Source: the human T2T-CHM13v2.0 reference genome, Homo sapiens
Direction: 5' to 3' (one strand)
Assembly (NCBI RefSeq): GCF_009914755.1
Contig: NC_060928.1
Length of the DNA: 64,000 bases
Part shown: positions 24,271 to 41,894 of the stretch, in pieces
How positions within the stretch are numbered: the first letter of the stretch is position 1
How the letters are laid out: the number at the start of each line of letters is the position of its first letter
Translations under genes and position numbers: made by a program
The notes under the pieces: generated by a model
Told to the model about the DNA's origin: nothing
The model's input: only the letters and a program-made list of their open reading frames with translations
The model's database searches: none

Positions 24271-26655
24271 TATGTCTTCTTTTGAAAAATATCCATTCAG
24301 ATCCTTTGACTATTTTCTAATGGGGTTGTTTGTTCTCTTGTGATTGAGTGAATTCCTTATACATTTTGAATATTAACTCTTTTTCAGATGTATGGTTTGT
24401 ATAATTTTTCTCTCATTCTGTAGGTTGTTCCTTGGCTGTACACAGTTTTTTTTTTTTTTAAATTAGATGCAGTCCCATTTGTCTATTTTTGTTTTTGTTT
24501 TCTGTGCTTTTGGGGACTTATCTAAGAATTTATTGCTTCCTCCAATATCAAGAAGCTTTTTACCTATGTTTTTCTCTAGTATTTTTGCAGTTTCAGTTTC
24601 TTACGTATAAGTCATTAATCCATTTTGAGTTGGTTTTTATATATAGGGTGATATAAAGGTCTAATTTCATTCTTCCACATGCAGAGAATCAGTTTTCCAA
24701 ACAACATTTTTTGAAGAGAATGTCCTTTCCCCAATGTGTGTTCTTGGCACTTTCTGCAAGGATCAATTGACCATAAATATGTGCATTTTTTTCTGGGCTT
24801 TCTGTTCTGGTTCATTGGCTTGTATGTCTGTTTTTATGCTGGTACCATGCTGTTTTGATAGCCATTGTTTTGTAGCATATTTTGAAATCAGGTGATGTGA
24901 TACCTCCAGCTTTGCTCTTTTTGCTCAAGATTTCTTTGGCTATTTGGGGTCTTTTGTGATACCACAAAACTTTACAACATTTTTTTTCTATTTCTGTGAA
25001 AATTCCATTGGAATTTTGAGAAAGTTTGTATAGAATTTGTGGATTAAGTTGGAAAATATGCACATTTTTGACAATATTAAGTATTCTAATTCATGAACAT
25101 GTGATATCTTTTTATTTGTGTCCTCAAATGTTTTCATCAGTTTTATAGTTTTTAATATATAGATACTAATATTTTATCTCATTGGTTATTTCTATGTATT
25201 TTATTTTCATGCTATTGTAATTGGGATCTTTCCTTAATTTCATTTTTTGGATAGTTTGTTGTTAGTGTATACAAACATAATTGATTTTTCTATGTTGATT
25301 TTGTATATGGAAAATGTACTAAATTTATTAGTTCTAGTAATTTTTGGTAGAGTTTTTAAGCAAATGTCACCTGCAAGGAGAGACAGCTCTACTTTTTATT
25401 TTCTGATTGAATGTCTTTTAAAATTTTTGTTATTATTTGTTCTTGCCTAATTGCTGTGGCTAAAGCTTCCAGAAGTATATTGGATAGAAGTGGCAAGAGT
25501 GGTCATCCTTTTCTTATTCCTGATATTAGAGGAAAGCTTTTCACCAATGGATGTGATGTAGCTGTATTTGAGGTACATTTCTTCTATACCAAACTTGTTG
25601 AGAGTTTTTATCATAAAAGTATTTAAAACATTGTTTAAAGATCAAAGTTTAAGGAAGAAGCATAAAGATTATGTTTAATGAGTCCTAACTTGATTATTAC
25701 AAGTTATTAGATAAAAGATCTGATTTAAAAATGGGATGATGTAAGTAAACTTCTGGCAGTTAGCTTCTTGCCATTTTTAACAATTTGGACTGAAGTATTA
25801 AAATTAAATTCAAGCCCATGAAACTGCTCATTTTTAATAAATTCATTGAATCAATCATTTACAACTATAGTAGTAAACATTCTTCAAAATGTAATTATTC
25901 CTTCAGTTACTGGTGACTGCATTAATTATAATTTAACAGAAAATAATTGACTAAGCTTAGAAAACCTAAAAAAAGGTTTATTTTCTGCACATACACACAA
26001 ATACACACACAATGTCTTTCTCTCCTTTCTTTTACTCTTCTCTGCCTTTTATAGGCTTAGAGCCACTACTGACAGAAAATAAGTAAATAGAGCAATAGAT
26101 GTCTTCCATTGCACTATGTGTCACTGCCAAGTTTGTCAGCATTCTCAATTTGCTTAGTTGATAAATTATTTTTCGTGTTTGTTTTTATTTCTATTTAATG
26201 GGAAAATTCTTTAAAATATAACCGTGTATTTGGTCTAAGGGAAGGGTGATAAAAACCCACTACAATGGTCCTTTGCCTCTTTTAGAGTTAGAGATGTTCA
26301 TTTCCAGCACTCAATAAATAATAGGGAGAGGTGTCAGGAGATGCGTAAACAGAATTTCTTCCAGTTTTTTTATGAGCCGGCTCAGTATACCATAACAGCA
26401 AACACCCATGTTTGCCTCAATCATGTTTTTGTAAACAATCACTGAGATAATATGTGTAATGAGATAATACATTTTATATTTACAATTTTCAGTTACTGAG
26501 TTCTAAACATTTGTACAGTGTATTTTATTAGCATTGGTATTACTATGAAGGATGGGGAATATACAATGAATTCTTTTTAGTGTACATTAACCTGCTAGTA
26601 GATTTATTCTAATCAAGGTGATTATAAGTGAGCTGCCTAGTTTGATTTCTTTTTA

Positions 26656-29883
<3,228 letters not shown>

Positions 29884-30385
29884 AAAATTTAAATGTTGTG
29901 ACCATTTTCAAATGTAGACTTATTTCTTGATTTGGCATGACTTATACATTCTAAACCAGAGGCGTTTTTTGCTTTAAGAGGTTAAAAGAATATATATTAC
30001 ATCCTTGAAAGTAATTAACATTATAGAAATAGTAGACTTTTAAAATTAAAATTTAATTCCTCTATTTGTTGGATTTTTGCCAACTTGTGATGTTATAAGT
30101 TTTGAAATGTGTGCTTTACTTACTTTATATATTGTCTGTCTCTTTATGTCTGTATGTTGATATAGATGCAATTAGATATATAAAGTTTCATTGAAGTGAA
30201 TAATTTGACAGTCAACTGATCCGAGTGTATTTTGTATATGATATAATAGTAGTAGCATTTTAACTATCCTTTGCTGATGTGTGTCAGGCACTGGGGAGGA
30301 GTTTAGATGTTTTAACTTGTTTAACGCTCACAACTATCTTGATAGACATGAAATTTTCTCCATTTCACAAATGGGGAAACTGAGT

Positions 30386-32666
30386 TGATATGGCTTGGTT
30401 GTGCCCCCACCCAAATCTCAGCTTGAATTGTATCTCCCAGAATTCCCACGTGTTGTGGGAGGGACCCAAGGGGAGTTAATTGAATCATGGGGGTTTGTTT
30501 TTCCTTGCTATTCTTGTGATAGTGAATAAGTCTCACGAGATCTGATGGGTTTATCAGGGATTTCTGTTTTTGCTTCTTCCTCATTTTCTCTTGCTACCGC
30601 CATGTAAGAAGTGCCTTTCACCTCCCATCATGATTCTGAGGCCTCCCCAGTGGAATTGTCCGTCCAATTAAACCCCTTTTTTCTTCCCAGTCTCAGGTAT
30701 GTCTCTATTAACAGCATGGAAATAAAGTAATACAGTAAATTTGTACCAGTAAAGTTGGGCGTTGCTGAATAGATACCTGAAAATATATAAGTGACTTTTG
30801 AACTGGGTAACAGGCAGAGGTTGGAACAGTTTGGAGGGCTCAGAAAAAGTCAGGAAAATGTGAGAAAGTTTGGAACTTCCTGGACACTTGTTGAATGGCT
30901 TTGCCCAAAATGCTGACAGTGATATAGACAATAAGGTCCAGGCTGAGATGGTCTTAGATGGAGATGAGCAACTTGTTGGGATCTGGAGTAAAATGACTGT
31001 TGCTATGTTTCATCAAAGAGACTGGTGGCATTTTGCCCCTGCCCTAGACATTTGTGGAACATTGGACTTGAGAGAGATGATTTAGGGTATCTGGTGGAAG
31101 AAATTTCTAAACATCAAAGCATTCAGGAGGTTACTTGGGTACTATTAAAGGCATTCAGTTTTATAAAGGAAGCAGAGCATAAAAGTTTGGAACATTTGCA
31201 GCCTGACTATGCAATAGAAAAGAAAAGCCCATTTTCTGGGGAGAAATTCAAGCTGGCTGCAGAAATTTGCATAAGTAGCAAGAAGCCTAATGTTAATCCC
31301 CAACACCGTGGGGAAGATGTCTCCAGGCCATGCCAGAGACCCTCACAGCAGCCCCTCCCATCACAGGCCCAGAGGTTCAGGAGGTAAAAATGGTTTAGTG
31401 GACTGGGCCCAGGGTTCTCGTGCTGTGTGCACACTAGGGACTTGGTGCCCTATGTCTCAGCTGCTCCAGCCATGGCTGAAAGGGGCCAATGTACAGCTTG
31501 GGCTGTGGCTTCAGAGGGGGGAAGCCCCAAGTCTTGGCAGCTTCCACATGGTGTTGAGCCTGTGGGTATACAGAAGTCAAGAATTGAGGTTTGGGAACCT
31601 CCACGTGGATTTCAGAAGATGTATGAAAACACCTGAATGCCCAGGCAAAAGTTTGCTGCAGGGGCAGGGCCTTCATGGAGAACCTCTGCTAGGGCAGTGT
31701 GGAAGGGAAATGTGGGGTCAGAGCCCTCCCCAAGCAGAGTCCCTACTGGGTCACTGCCTAGTGGAGCTGTGAAAAGAGGGCAACCATCCTCCAGTTCCCA
31801 GAATCGTAGATCCACAGACAGCTTGCATTGTGCACTTGAAAAAGCCATAGACACTCAATGCCAGCCCATGAAAGCAGTCGGGAAGGAGGTTGTACCCTGC
31901 AAAGCCACAGGGATGGAGCTGCCAAGACCATGGGAACCCACGTCTTGAATCATTGTGACCTGGATGTGAGAGTTGGAATCAAAGGAGATCATTTTGGACC
32001 TTTAAAATTTGACTGCCCCACTGGATTTTGGATTTGCACGGGCCCTGTAACCCCTTTGTTTTGGCCAATTTATCCCATTTGGAATGGCAATATTTACCCA
32101 ATACCTGTACCCCCATTGCATCCAGGAAGTAACTAGCTTGCTTTTGATTTTACAGGCTCATAGGCAGAAGGGACTTGCCTTGTCTCAGATGAGACTTTAG
32201 GCTGTGGACTTTTGGATTAATGCTGAACTGAGTTAAGACTTTGCGGGACTGTTAGGAAGGCATGATTTGTTTTGAAATGTGAGGAAACGAGATTTGGAGG
32301 GGCCAGGGGTGGAATTATATGATTTGGCTGTGTCCCCACCCAAATCTCAACTTGAATTGCATTTCCCAGAATTCCCACGTGTTGTGGGAAGAACCCAGAG
32401 GGGAGGTAATTCAATCATGGGGGCTGGTCTTTCCCATGCTATTCTCATGATAGCGAATAAGTATCATGAGATCTGATGGGTTTATCAGGGATTTCCGCTT
32501 TTGCCTCTCTCATTTTCTGTTGCCACCACCATGTAAGCATGCCTTTCGTCTCCCACCATGATTCTGAGGCCTTCCTAGCCATGTGGAACTGTAAGTCCAA
32601 TTAAAACTCCTTTTCTTCCCAGTCTTGGGTATGTCTTTATCAGCAGCATGAAAACAAACTAACACA
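30386..32666 (+). mobile_element. Full-length THE1A provirus inserted in a MIR
   Basis: LTRs 30386-30734 and 32315-32666, 1.6-kb internal region, TSD tgagt / tgcgt; MIR halves on both flanks. Confidence 0.92.
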
Positions 32667-34299
32667 TGCGTACACAGAGTTTATATCCAAGTTTGTACAA
32701 CCAATAAAAGGCAGAAGTAGGATGAAGACTCTAGCTTTCTGGTATCAGAGCAAACTGCTCTGGATTTCTAACAATATTCTCCTGCCTCATATAACAAAAT
32801 TAGACAATATATAATCTATCTTCAGATTGTAGCCTCTTGCTTAGACATTATTCCATGTATTCTCAATCATAGAAATCATATGACTGAACAATATTAAGGT
32901 AAAATTATAAGCACTGAGTACCACCTGACAATATTGGGTTTGAAAAGGATGTCATGAAATGCAGGTTTGTCTTTATCAGAGTCTAAGTAGCCTGTTTAAT
33001 TCACTCTAAATAGGAGATTAGGCAATGGAGCTTTTGGTGACTAAACATTCATGTCCTTAATATGTTTATTTAACAATATTAAATCAGTTTTGAAAAGGTG
33101 CAGGTGTATTTGGGTAGCTTTTCTCTCTAAGTAGTGAATTTGCAAAATTAGCAAAAATGTTTTTGCACTTGGATTTGGATAGCGATAACAAACTTTCTCA
33201 GCCTAAGAAAAAACCGGAACTCTGACTTAAAATTTTTCTCTGTGATTTCAAAATGTTTTAACTCTAAGTAGTCTTGGAGAAGCTCACAACAATAAATAAA
33301 TTTGTTTACATAAGTGCTGAAAAAAATTTCCTTTTAATAGAAATAGTTGCTCTTTGCGATAAGCAAATAATCTTCAAGCAAAGAAGATACAGTATAGGAA
33401 ATAACTTATTTGTGGATTCTAAGGCTGTTATCCCTAAGTTTAAAATGATTCTGCTGTTTTGAATCTTGTTCATCCTTTTTTTTCCAATACAAACTGTTAG
33501 CTCTGATTTTAATTCATTTGTGAACATGAAGACTGCTCCTAACACAGGCCCTTTGCATTTGCTATTCTTTCTGCTTGAAAAGCTCTTCTGTCTGATCCAT
33601 CAGTGTATGACTGGCTCCTTCTTGTCATTCTGATTTTAGTTCATATGTCATCTTTCAATCAGTTCTCCCAACTGTTCATCTAAACCAGCCACCCAGTCAC
33701 ATACTACAACATTGCTCTATTTTATTTTTCTCTGAGGTCTCATTACTTTATATATTTTTGTTTGCGTTGATTGATTAATATATGCAATGTTTTTCTCCTT
33801 AACTGCATTTAAGCTCCATACGAGCAAATACCTTTTCTCTTTGCTCACCTCTGTCTTATCAGAATCAGTCATAGCACCTGTTAAATATTAGGTTGTCAAC
33901 TACTAGTAGATAAATCACTTTTTGATTTAAGACTTGAGAGTGCCAGTTTTTATATGTATTATGAACAAGGTAGCAGTAAGATTATTTGTCATTCATTTTG
34001 CTACACTAATGTTTAGTCAGAATTGACAATGGGGTCCTACGTATGATACCCGTGGCCTAGCCTAAGAAGTAAATGATTTAAATTATGCAGTTTGAACATA
34101 CATGATTTAAAAAATCACATTACAAAAACCTACACCTACATATATCTTTTAAAAACTTATTTCAATGTATAATTACGTGCTTAGGAAAATTGCTCCTAAG
34201 TGAAATTGCTGGGTCAATGGTGATATAGCAATTGTAGCAATCTAAATATATAATATTATCATATATATATATACACACACACACACAATATAATTCCTA

Positions 34300-35025
34300 T
34301 TTTTTATTTGTGATAAAGTACACATGTAACATTAAATTTACCATCTTAACCATTTTTAGTGCAGAGTTCAGTGGTGTTAATTATACTCACCTCGCTGTGC
34401 ACCCTATCTCTGGAGCTTTTCACTTTGTAAAGCTAAAACTTCTTACCTTCATAGGAGTTGTTGTTCATACAAGTCTTCATTTGCTTATTCTCCAGCTCCT
34501 AGCAACTTTATTCTACTTTCTGTTTCTATGAATCTGACTACTCGAGGTACCTCGTCTAAGTGGAATCACACAGTATTGCCTTGTTTTGTGACTGGCTTAT
34601 TTTACTTAATGTCCTCAAGGATTGTCCATGTTGTAGCATCTACCAAAATTTCCTTCATTTGTGAGGCTGAATAATATTCCGTTCTTTGTATATACTACAT
34701 TTTGTTTATCCATTCATTTATTAATAGACACTTGGGTTGCTTCTATCTTTTGGCCTTTGTGAATGATGCTACTGTGGACATAGATGTACAAATATTTCTT
34801 TGAGAGCATGCTTTCAGTGTTTTGGATATATGCCTGTTAGTGGGATTGCTGTATTATAGTATTTTTAGTTTTAGTTTTTTTTAGGAACCATCATACTTTT
34901 TTCATAGTAGCTGAAGCATTTGACATTTCCACCAACAGTGCACAAGTGTTCCAATTTCTCTGCATCCAAGTCAACGCTTCTTATTTTCTGATATTTTAAT
35001 AGTAACCATTCTGATGGGTGTGAGG
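34300..35025 (-). mobile_element. L1MB-like 3' end
   Basis: Antisense 3' UTR motifs (aaatttaccatcttaaccattttta, gacacttgggttgcttc). Confidence 0.75.
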
Positions 35026-36409
35026 AGTAGCAGTTACATACTGACATATATCGTCAAACAAATGTCTCTTAGTAGAACCTGGAAATTATACTAGAGTTGT
35101 TATAGGAGGTATGGACAATTGTGGGATGTGAAGCTTTGAACATGGCCAGTTTCCATACCTGCCCAATATGGATCTCATTTCTTTGCACCTGAGCTGCAAG
35201 AACTTCTGCAGGAAAAACATACCAGACGCTGGCCTGTTAGCAGTGTGGCTTCTGTTCTTCTAAGCAGACTGATGCTGTGTCTTGCCTGTGGTAGTCTCAA
35301 GAATCTGTGTTTAGATGAGCCTAAGAAGACTCCTGATGGGGATTACAAAACTCTAATACTGTATGGCGTTAGATCAAGACTAAATGCTTTGTTTTCTCTT
35401 GACATTTTAAATATAATTTGCAGGAATGTTGTATGCTTTTGATTTTCTCTTTATGAAATGGTAATAATAATACATTTCCCATTAAATCTTTAAATATTCA
35501 TTAATAACTTTTGAGGTCACTCAAATATATAATTGACTTCATCTCAGAATGTATTTTGTATGTATAATGCTTATGTTCTTTCAATTTGCAATTTTAAAAA
35601 ATAAGGAAAAGAGCAAAAACACATTAAGTACATATTTGCACATTTAGAATGGGGTACTTCTTATGGTTTTTATATTAGTATATATACTAATATATTGTTT
35701 GGTATTATTAGTATATTAGTATTTAAGCACATCCTTCTGCAAATATCTAAATTAGTAGCAGTGCTTCAAATATGCCAACCGGCATACAATTTATACAAGG
35801 AATATGAATATAAAACTGGAACTGATTCTAAAATTCACTAGATGAAATAGATTGTATAATTTTCTGAAGAGAACATTATTTTTCTTCATTTCAGAGTCCC
35901 TTTTCAGCTCCTGAAAAATTATTAGCTGTTTCTGATATAGTTATTAGATACAGCCATGACAGTAGTTATTAATGATACCAACTCACACGTTCTTATTATT
36001 AGCTCATAGAAAATGATAGCATTATGGGTTATGTTTTTACTGTATCTACTCCTCAGGATAGATCATGTCATGACTGAATAAAACTCCAAAACAAAACAAC
36101 AACAAAAAACCTAATGTCCCACACAAGATCAAAGAGGAATGATTTTTGATAGAAATAAATATGTTAGTATATTGATTTAGGGTATGGTCAGTAGGAAGAT
36201 TATTTAATAAACCTTGTACATTTGTTTCCAAAGTGTCAAACTAGTATGTGATGGACTTTATACATTTGCTTCAAAATGTCAAAGGCCTAGTTCAACAGAG
36301 CCTTAAATCTCAGGAAGAGATATGTGGTGTTGGCTGAAGTTCTGCATTTCTTTGTGGGTGTCAGATTCATACTCTATCCATTCCTAATACAAACCTTTTT
36401 TAAGTGTAA

Positions 36410-36707
36410 TTTTTATTTTTTGAGACAAGGCTCACTCTGTCACCCAGGCTAGAGCACAGTGATATAATCATGGTTCACTGCAGCCTCAATCTTCAGCTGT
36501 AAGGAATCCTTCCACCTCAGCCACCAAAGTAGCTGGGACCATAGGCTCATGCCACCACACCCAGCTCATTTTGTTTACTTTTTTTAGAGATGAGGTCTCA
36601 CCATATTTCCCAGGCTGGTCTCAAATGTCTGGACTCAAGAGATTCTCCCATCTTAGTTAGTCTCCCAAAGCACTGGGATTACAGGTATGAACCACTGTGC
36701 CCAGCCC
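36410..36707 (-). mobile_element. AluJ element
   Basis: Diverged reverse Alu dimer; flanks ctaatacaaacct / ctagtacaaactt form a probable TSD. Confidence 0.85.
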
Positions 36708-37271
36708 CTAGTACAAACTTAATGTTATATATCATTTACATCTATCAGGTCAAAAAAAAATTTCAAAGTCCAATACTAGTGAAACCCTTCACAATATTAA
36801 TATGCAACTTGTTGATTATCTATTGTGTTAAAGCTATTGATAGGCATCTCATTTGGCTCCCACAACAACCTTGAAGGGTAAGTGTGCTCATCTCCATTAC
36901 ATAGGTGATAGTAATGAGGCACAGACAAGGTAAGCAACAACTTACCTAAAATCAGTCAGTTAGTGGTAGGGCGCTGTATGTTTCCAAAATCTGGGCAATA
37001 CCATTTCTACATGGTTTTTTTTAAACCAAAATAGCAAAATTTTATATTACTCTAGGTTAATATTCTCAAGATATGAGCAACTTAGCTATGCTGCCTAATA
37101 GTAGTCAATGAGGTTAAATTAACTGGTGTTATCACTGAGATGGAATAAAACAAAATAAATAAACATTGTCAAGCAATGTCAATGAATGAAAGTATAGGTT
37201 TAAAAAAAAAACAGTAGAATACACAATAATAAAAGCCAACAGAGTATAGCCCTGACTACTTCAACTAAAGG

Positions 37272-37790
37272 TGTATCAGTTATCTACGGTCATGAAAATG
37301 CTGCATTAAACCTACCCCAAAACTCTGTGGCTTAAAACAACCACCATTTATTCAGCTCACAAGTGTATGGGTTGGCTGGGCTCAGTCCTGCTGCTGTAGA
37401 ACTGGCTCAGATGATCTTGGCTGGACTTATTCCTCAGTCTGTGGTCAATTTGTGAGTTGGCTGGGGCTGCCTGGTCTGGAATAGCTTTGGCTGGGATGAC
37501 TCAAATCTGCTCCATATGACCTCCTAACTTCTTGCCGGCTAGCCTGACATGTTCTTCTGGCAGAGGCAGGGATCTAATGGAGAAAGGCCTGGGCTTAGAA
37601 CTGGAACCCCGTTCTTTCTGTACGAGTTTGTTCACCAAAGCAAGTCACAAGGCTAGCCCTGATGCAAAGGGTGAAGAAATAGATTCCACTTCTTTATAAG
37701 AGAACTTGAAAATTTGTATTGCAAAAGGTGTAGATACAGGGAAAGATGTATGAAAAATTGAGCACATTTTAAAAATAATTGGGGCCATTT
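37272..37790 (-). mobile_element. Old MLT1-family LTR
   Basis: tgtatcagttatcta...ccccaaaactctgtggcttaaaacaaccaccatttatt...gattccacttctt. Confidence 0.7.
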
Positions 37791-37799
37791 TTACCTCCA

Positions 37800-38635
37800 C
37801 AAATTAACCAACATTGTGAATTCTGTGTTCATTATCCTCTTACTTTCCTTTTTATATAATTTATTGTATTTATAAGTGTTCCTAAAAAGTATATTTTAAA
37901 TTTTAGTTGTTTTGACTTTACAAAGAAATGATAGTACTAGACATAATCTTTTGGGACTTACTTTTTCACCTAACATTTAATTACTAAGAATCATTCATAT
38001 TATTGTGTGCTGCTATTGTTTATTTGTTTGGCTATCTGTATAACATTCTGTTGAATATACTACCATAGAGTCTCACATTTTCTTGTTGATGGATATTTGG
38101 ATTTCTTATAGGTTTTTCCATGGTGAACAGTACTGCCATGTACATGTCCCCTAATGCACATAGGCAATAATTTCTATTGGGCACATGCTGTACACTGGAA
38201 TACATCAGCTGTAGAGTGTTATGTGAATATTTAACCTTACTTCCAAAGTAGCTAAACCAATTTCCCCACCTAACATCAATTAATAAAATATCTTTTGACT
38301 CTACATCCTAGTACTTGTCCTAATTTGGTTTATATTTGCCATTCAACTATTTTAAAAGTACTTTCTCATTGTGCTCTTGATTTATGTTCCGAATCACTAA
38401 ATATGTTGAATTGAAGATTTCTCAGTCATTTGGTCATTTCTTGGATTATTGGTCATTTGTGTTTCTCTTTTGTGAAAAGCCTGTTTTCATGTCTTTTGCC
38501 CTTTTTAAAAATCTATTATTTGTGCTTTTCCTTTTTATTTGGAGGAACATTTTATTTATACTTTTTGTTACCTATATTTCAAGTAGTTTCTCCCAGTTGG
38601 TAATTTGTCTTTTTGTTTTATTTAAGGTGCCTTTG
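37800..38635 (-). mobile_element. L1ME-like fragment
   Basis: Diverged antisense L1 3' region motifs (gttgatggatatttgg). Confidence 0.6.
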
Positions 38636-38962
38636 ACAGTCAGAATGTGAAATTAACTTGGGCATGAGATTATTGGGAGTCACAGAGTAAGTTAGACAGG
38701 TGCATACTGGCCTCTTCTCCACACATGCCCTAAGTTATGTACTGCCATTTGAGGAAATGGATAAGAATGGTGGACACCGAGAAGGGCTCTGGTGTAAATG
38801 GGAGAAATGGGCAAGAAAATTACTTACTTTTTTAAAAATTGAATTTTTAGAACAAAAACATAACTTTTGCTGTTTTTTTTCCCAAATCATTGTAACGTTT
38901 TTATTTTTATATCTTTGAGTTTCTGCATTCCTAAGGAATAAAATGGTTAAGTGGTATCTTGA

Positions 38963-39090
38963 AAAATTAGCCAGGCATTGGTGGTGTGTGCTTGTATTCC
39001 TAGCTACTTGGGAGGCTGGGGTGGGAGAATTGCTTAAGCCCGGGAGGCAGTAGGGTTGTAATGAGACTCTTTCAAAAAAAAAAAAAAAAG
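38963..39090 (+). mobile_element. Alu right-arm fragment with poly(A)
   Basis: aaaaattagccagg...tagctacttgggaggctg...A tail. Confidence 0.75.
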
Positions 39091-39989
39091 AGAGAAAAAT
39101 ATAAACAACTGATAAATATATTTGTTAGGAAACTATATAATTCTGACTTAACCTGTTTGTGAACTGAGAATTTGTACATTGTTAGGTATTTTCATGAAGG
39201 TAAACAGAGAAAGAAAAAAATGAGAAATTTTTGCTGGTTCCAAATATTATTATTTATAATAGGTCAAATTGAAATATTTGAGTTATTGGCAGCCCTAAAA
39301 CCCTCAGAAATGTATCGCTAAATAAAAACATTCAAGTATTAAAACTAATGCAGGTGTCAGAAAATGTGTTTGTAATATGTAGTATTATAAAGTACAAATT
39401 AAAATTATAGAATTCAAATTAGATTTAAAATGTACTGGGACTCACCATTTTTACAAATGTATTGATAAAGTTTCCCATACATTTTAGCCTTTTGTTTTGT
39501 TGTTGCTATTGTTTGCTCATAAAACACTCCTACAAAGTTTGTTAATCATTCTCAAATTAGAAAAAAATGAATTTCTACATAGGTATCATGAAGAAAACAT
39601 GTTTTTAAAATGTCATCAAGATGTATTGATGGTTATTTCATGGATTTCATGGATTTTTATTTCGTTTTCACAGCTTTACTATTTTAACTTTTACAGAAGG
39701 TAGAAAAATGCTCTGAAGCAGTGCACTTCCAAATTTGATCCTTATTGACAGGAATTATTTGAAGCACCTGAAATCTGATATGAGCCTTGGACAAAAGTAT
39801 CACAGATGATAGCATACATGAGTACAAAGCAAGACGTAGAAAGAGCACTATATTTTTGGAAAAAAAGGGCAAGCACACCACTTCACTTGGAATGTTTTAT
39901 CAAGAGAGGGATACAGAAGTGAAAAGTAATCTCTGTGCTTTATTTGGCATTGTTTCTGTGTTCAATTTTGGTGTTTGAGTTTGGCAAGG

Positions 39990-40447
39990 GTATGGAGACT
40001 CTGGAGAAGGTCCAGCGAAGATCAGCAGAAGTGATGTAAGGAATGGGGACTAGCTCCTAAGAGAGTGCTCAGTGGGATCAGAAGTGTTTAACTTGGAGAA
40101 GGGAAGACGAAGGGATGATTTAACTGTCTTCAAGTATTTGAAAGGTTATTATAGGGAAGATGCAGAACAGATGTTCTTTACTTCCACAGGAGACCAAATA
40201 AAAGGAAATACTTTTAAATTGTAGCAAGAGAAAAAGTTCAGTTGGTCATAAAGATGGACATAAGTATAAGGAAGGGATTAAACACTGAAACAGGTAACCA
40301 AGGAATACGGGGAAGTTTAATCCTTAGAGATTTTCAAAGGTAGGAATAGATAGCCATTGCCTTGGATGATTTGCGTGTCCTCCCACCTCAGTGCAGGGAA
40401 ATACCCTATATCTCCTTCTGAAACTCTTCCAACTCTGAGATTCTATG
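39990..40447 (+). mobile_element. L3/CR1 3' fragment
   Basis: ctggagaaggtccagcgaag...gtcttcaagtatttgaaagg...ttccaactctgagattctatg (CR1 3' end). Confidence 0.75.
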
Positions 40448-41894
40448 CATGTGTTTTTCACCCTGGTGGGAGTTGCCTAGAAGATAGTCAATTGGGACCA
40501 TGTATCCAAGGATAGAAGCTAGAATTCAGCAGAAGCAGAGATCAAAGGGTATTTCCATGGGTATCTCTGATCTCCTCCTAACTAAACAGGTATTGGTGAC
40601 TAGATCCGGGAAGAGAAAATGTTTCTTACCCGTCCATGTATAGAACTGTATTGCATGTGGCCTTTTTCTCTAAACTTTCTGAATCAGCAATGATCATTCA
40701 AGAAATTATAACAGCTAATGTTATATTGAAGATGAAGCATTGCATTAATTATCTCACTTATCACTGGGTGGTGGTGTGTTTCTCCTTTCACAGATAACGA
40801 AATAGACTAAGAGAAATTTAATCATTAGCTTAAGGTCTTTCAACAGGTGAGTGCAGAATTCAAACCTTGGCCTGCTTGTCTGTTTTTTTTTCTATTCTAG
40901 GAAGAAGTTGTACATATTTAGAAACATCCTTCCTTAATACTGGCAGCTTTTGTTAATAAGAATTAGGTTGGCTCCAAAAAGTAATCATCTGCATTAGGAG
41001 AACATAAAGAAATGTGTGTTAAATGAATGAGGACCAAGACTTAGGTTTTGGGTAAAATTCGGTAATGTATTATACGTGTCATAATTAAGTTGCTCTTCTC
41101 CACTAAAGCAGCATTGTATGTAACCAGAGATATTTATTTCCTTTGGCTATTTGACCCATTATTGGGATAATTGAATGCTGGCCTCTTGAATAATAAAAGG
41201 TTTACATTTCAAATAAGCCATGGAGTTTGAGCATCTAGATTTTCAAAAGCCATGAGTGACATAGGATATTGAAAACTTCCACAGTGAACTTAAATTTTAG
41301 AGGAAATTTGAAGAAACAGCAATCCATATGTATAAACTGGCACTTAATTCATTAATTCTTAGTTGTCCTCAATCATCCTCAATCATTACTTCATTTAGTT
41401 TTATCACTGCCTAAGGTTTGCTTAGAGTTAACTTATTCTGAGTCTTTGTATTTCAAGTAAAATATATAGTACTGGGAAAAATCTAGAAGGATGAAAGGAA
41501 TGTAAACAATCTAATTTTTTTATCAAAAGATTAGACATTTACATGCTATAGTATTTATTGTCTTTAGAAAAATTGTACCTTATTTATTTATTTAATAAAC
41601 AACCTTTGCTATATATTACAATATAATATATAGCAACCCGAAGCTATATATTATGCACTATTGATTTGTTAGTAAAAATGTGAATTCTTTCACCATTTTT
41701 TTGTTATTGTTTTGTTGTTATGATATTTTCTGATCCTTGGAAGTTTATGAGACAAATAGGTGTCAAGAGCCCTTGAATGTTATTTTCTAGGATAAGATTT
41801 CTCTTTGCCATATTCTCTTTTGCATTCAATAATTTAGACTTATTTTACTTCATAATAAAGAGGATGAGAGAACAGATATGTATTAATATAACAG

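Larger units (their letters stand above)
20090..25620 (-). mobile_element. L1MA element hosting nested insertions
   Basis: Antisense 3' UTR to ORF2 sequence resumes collinearly after each insert; ORF peptides such as [15 protein letters not shown]. Confidence 0.85.
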
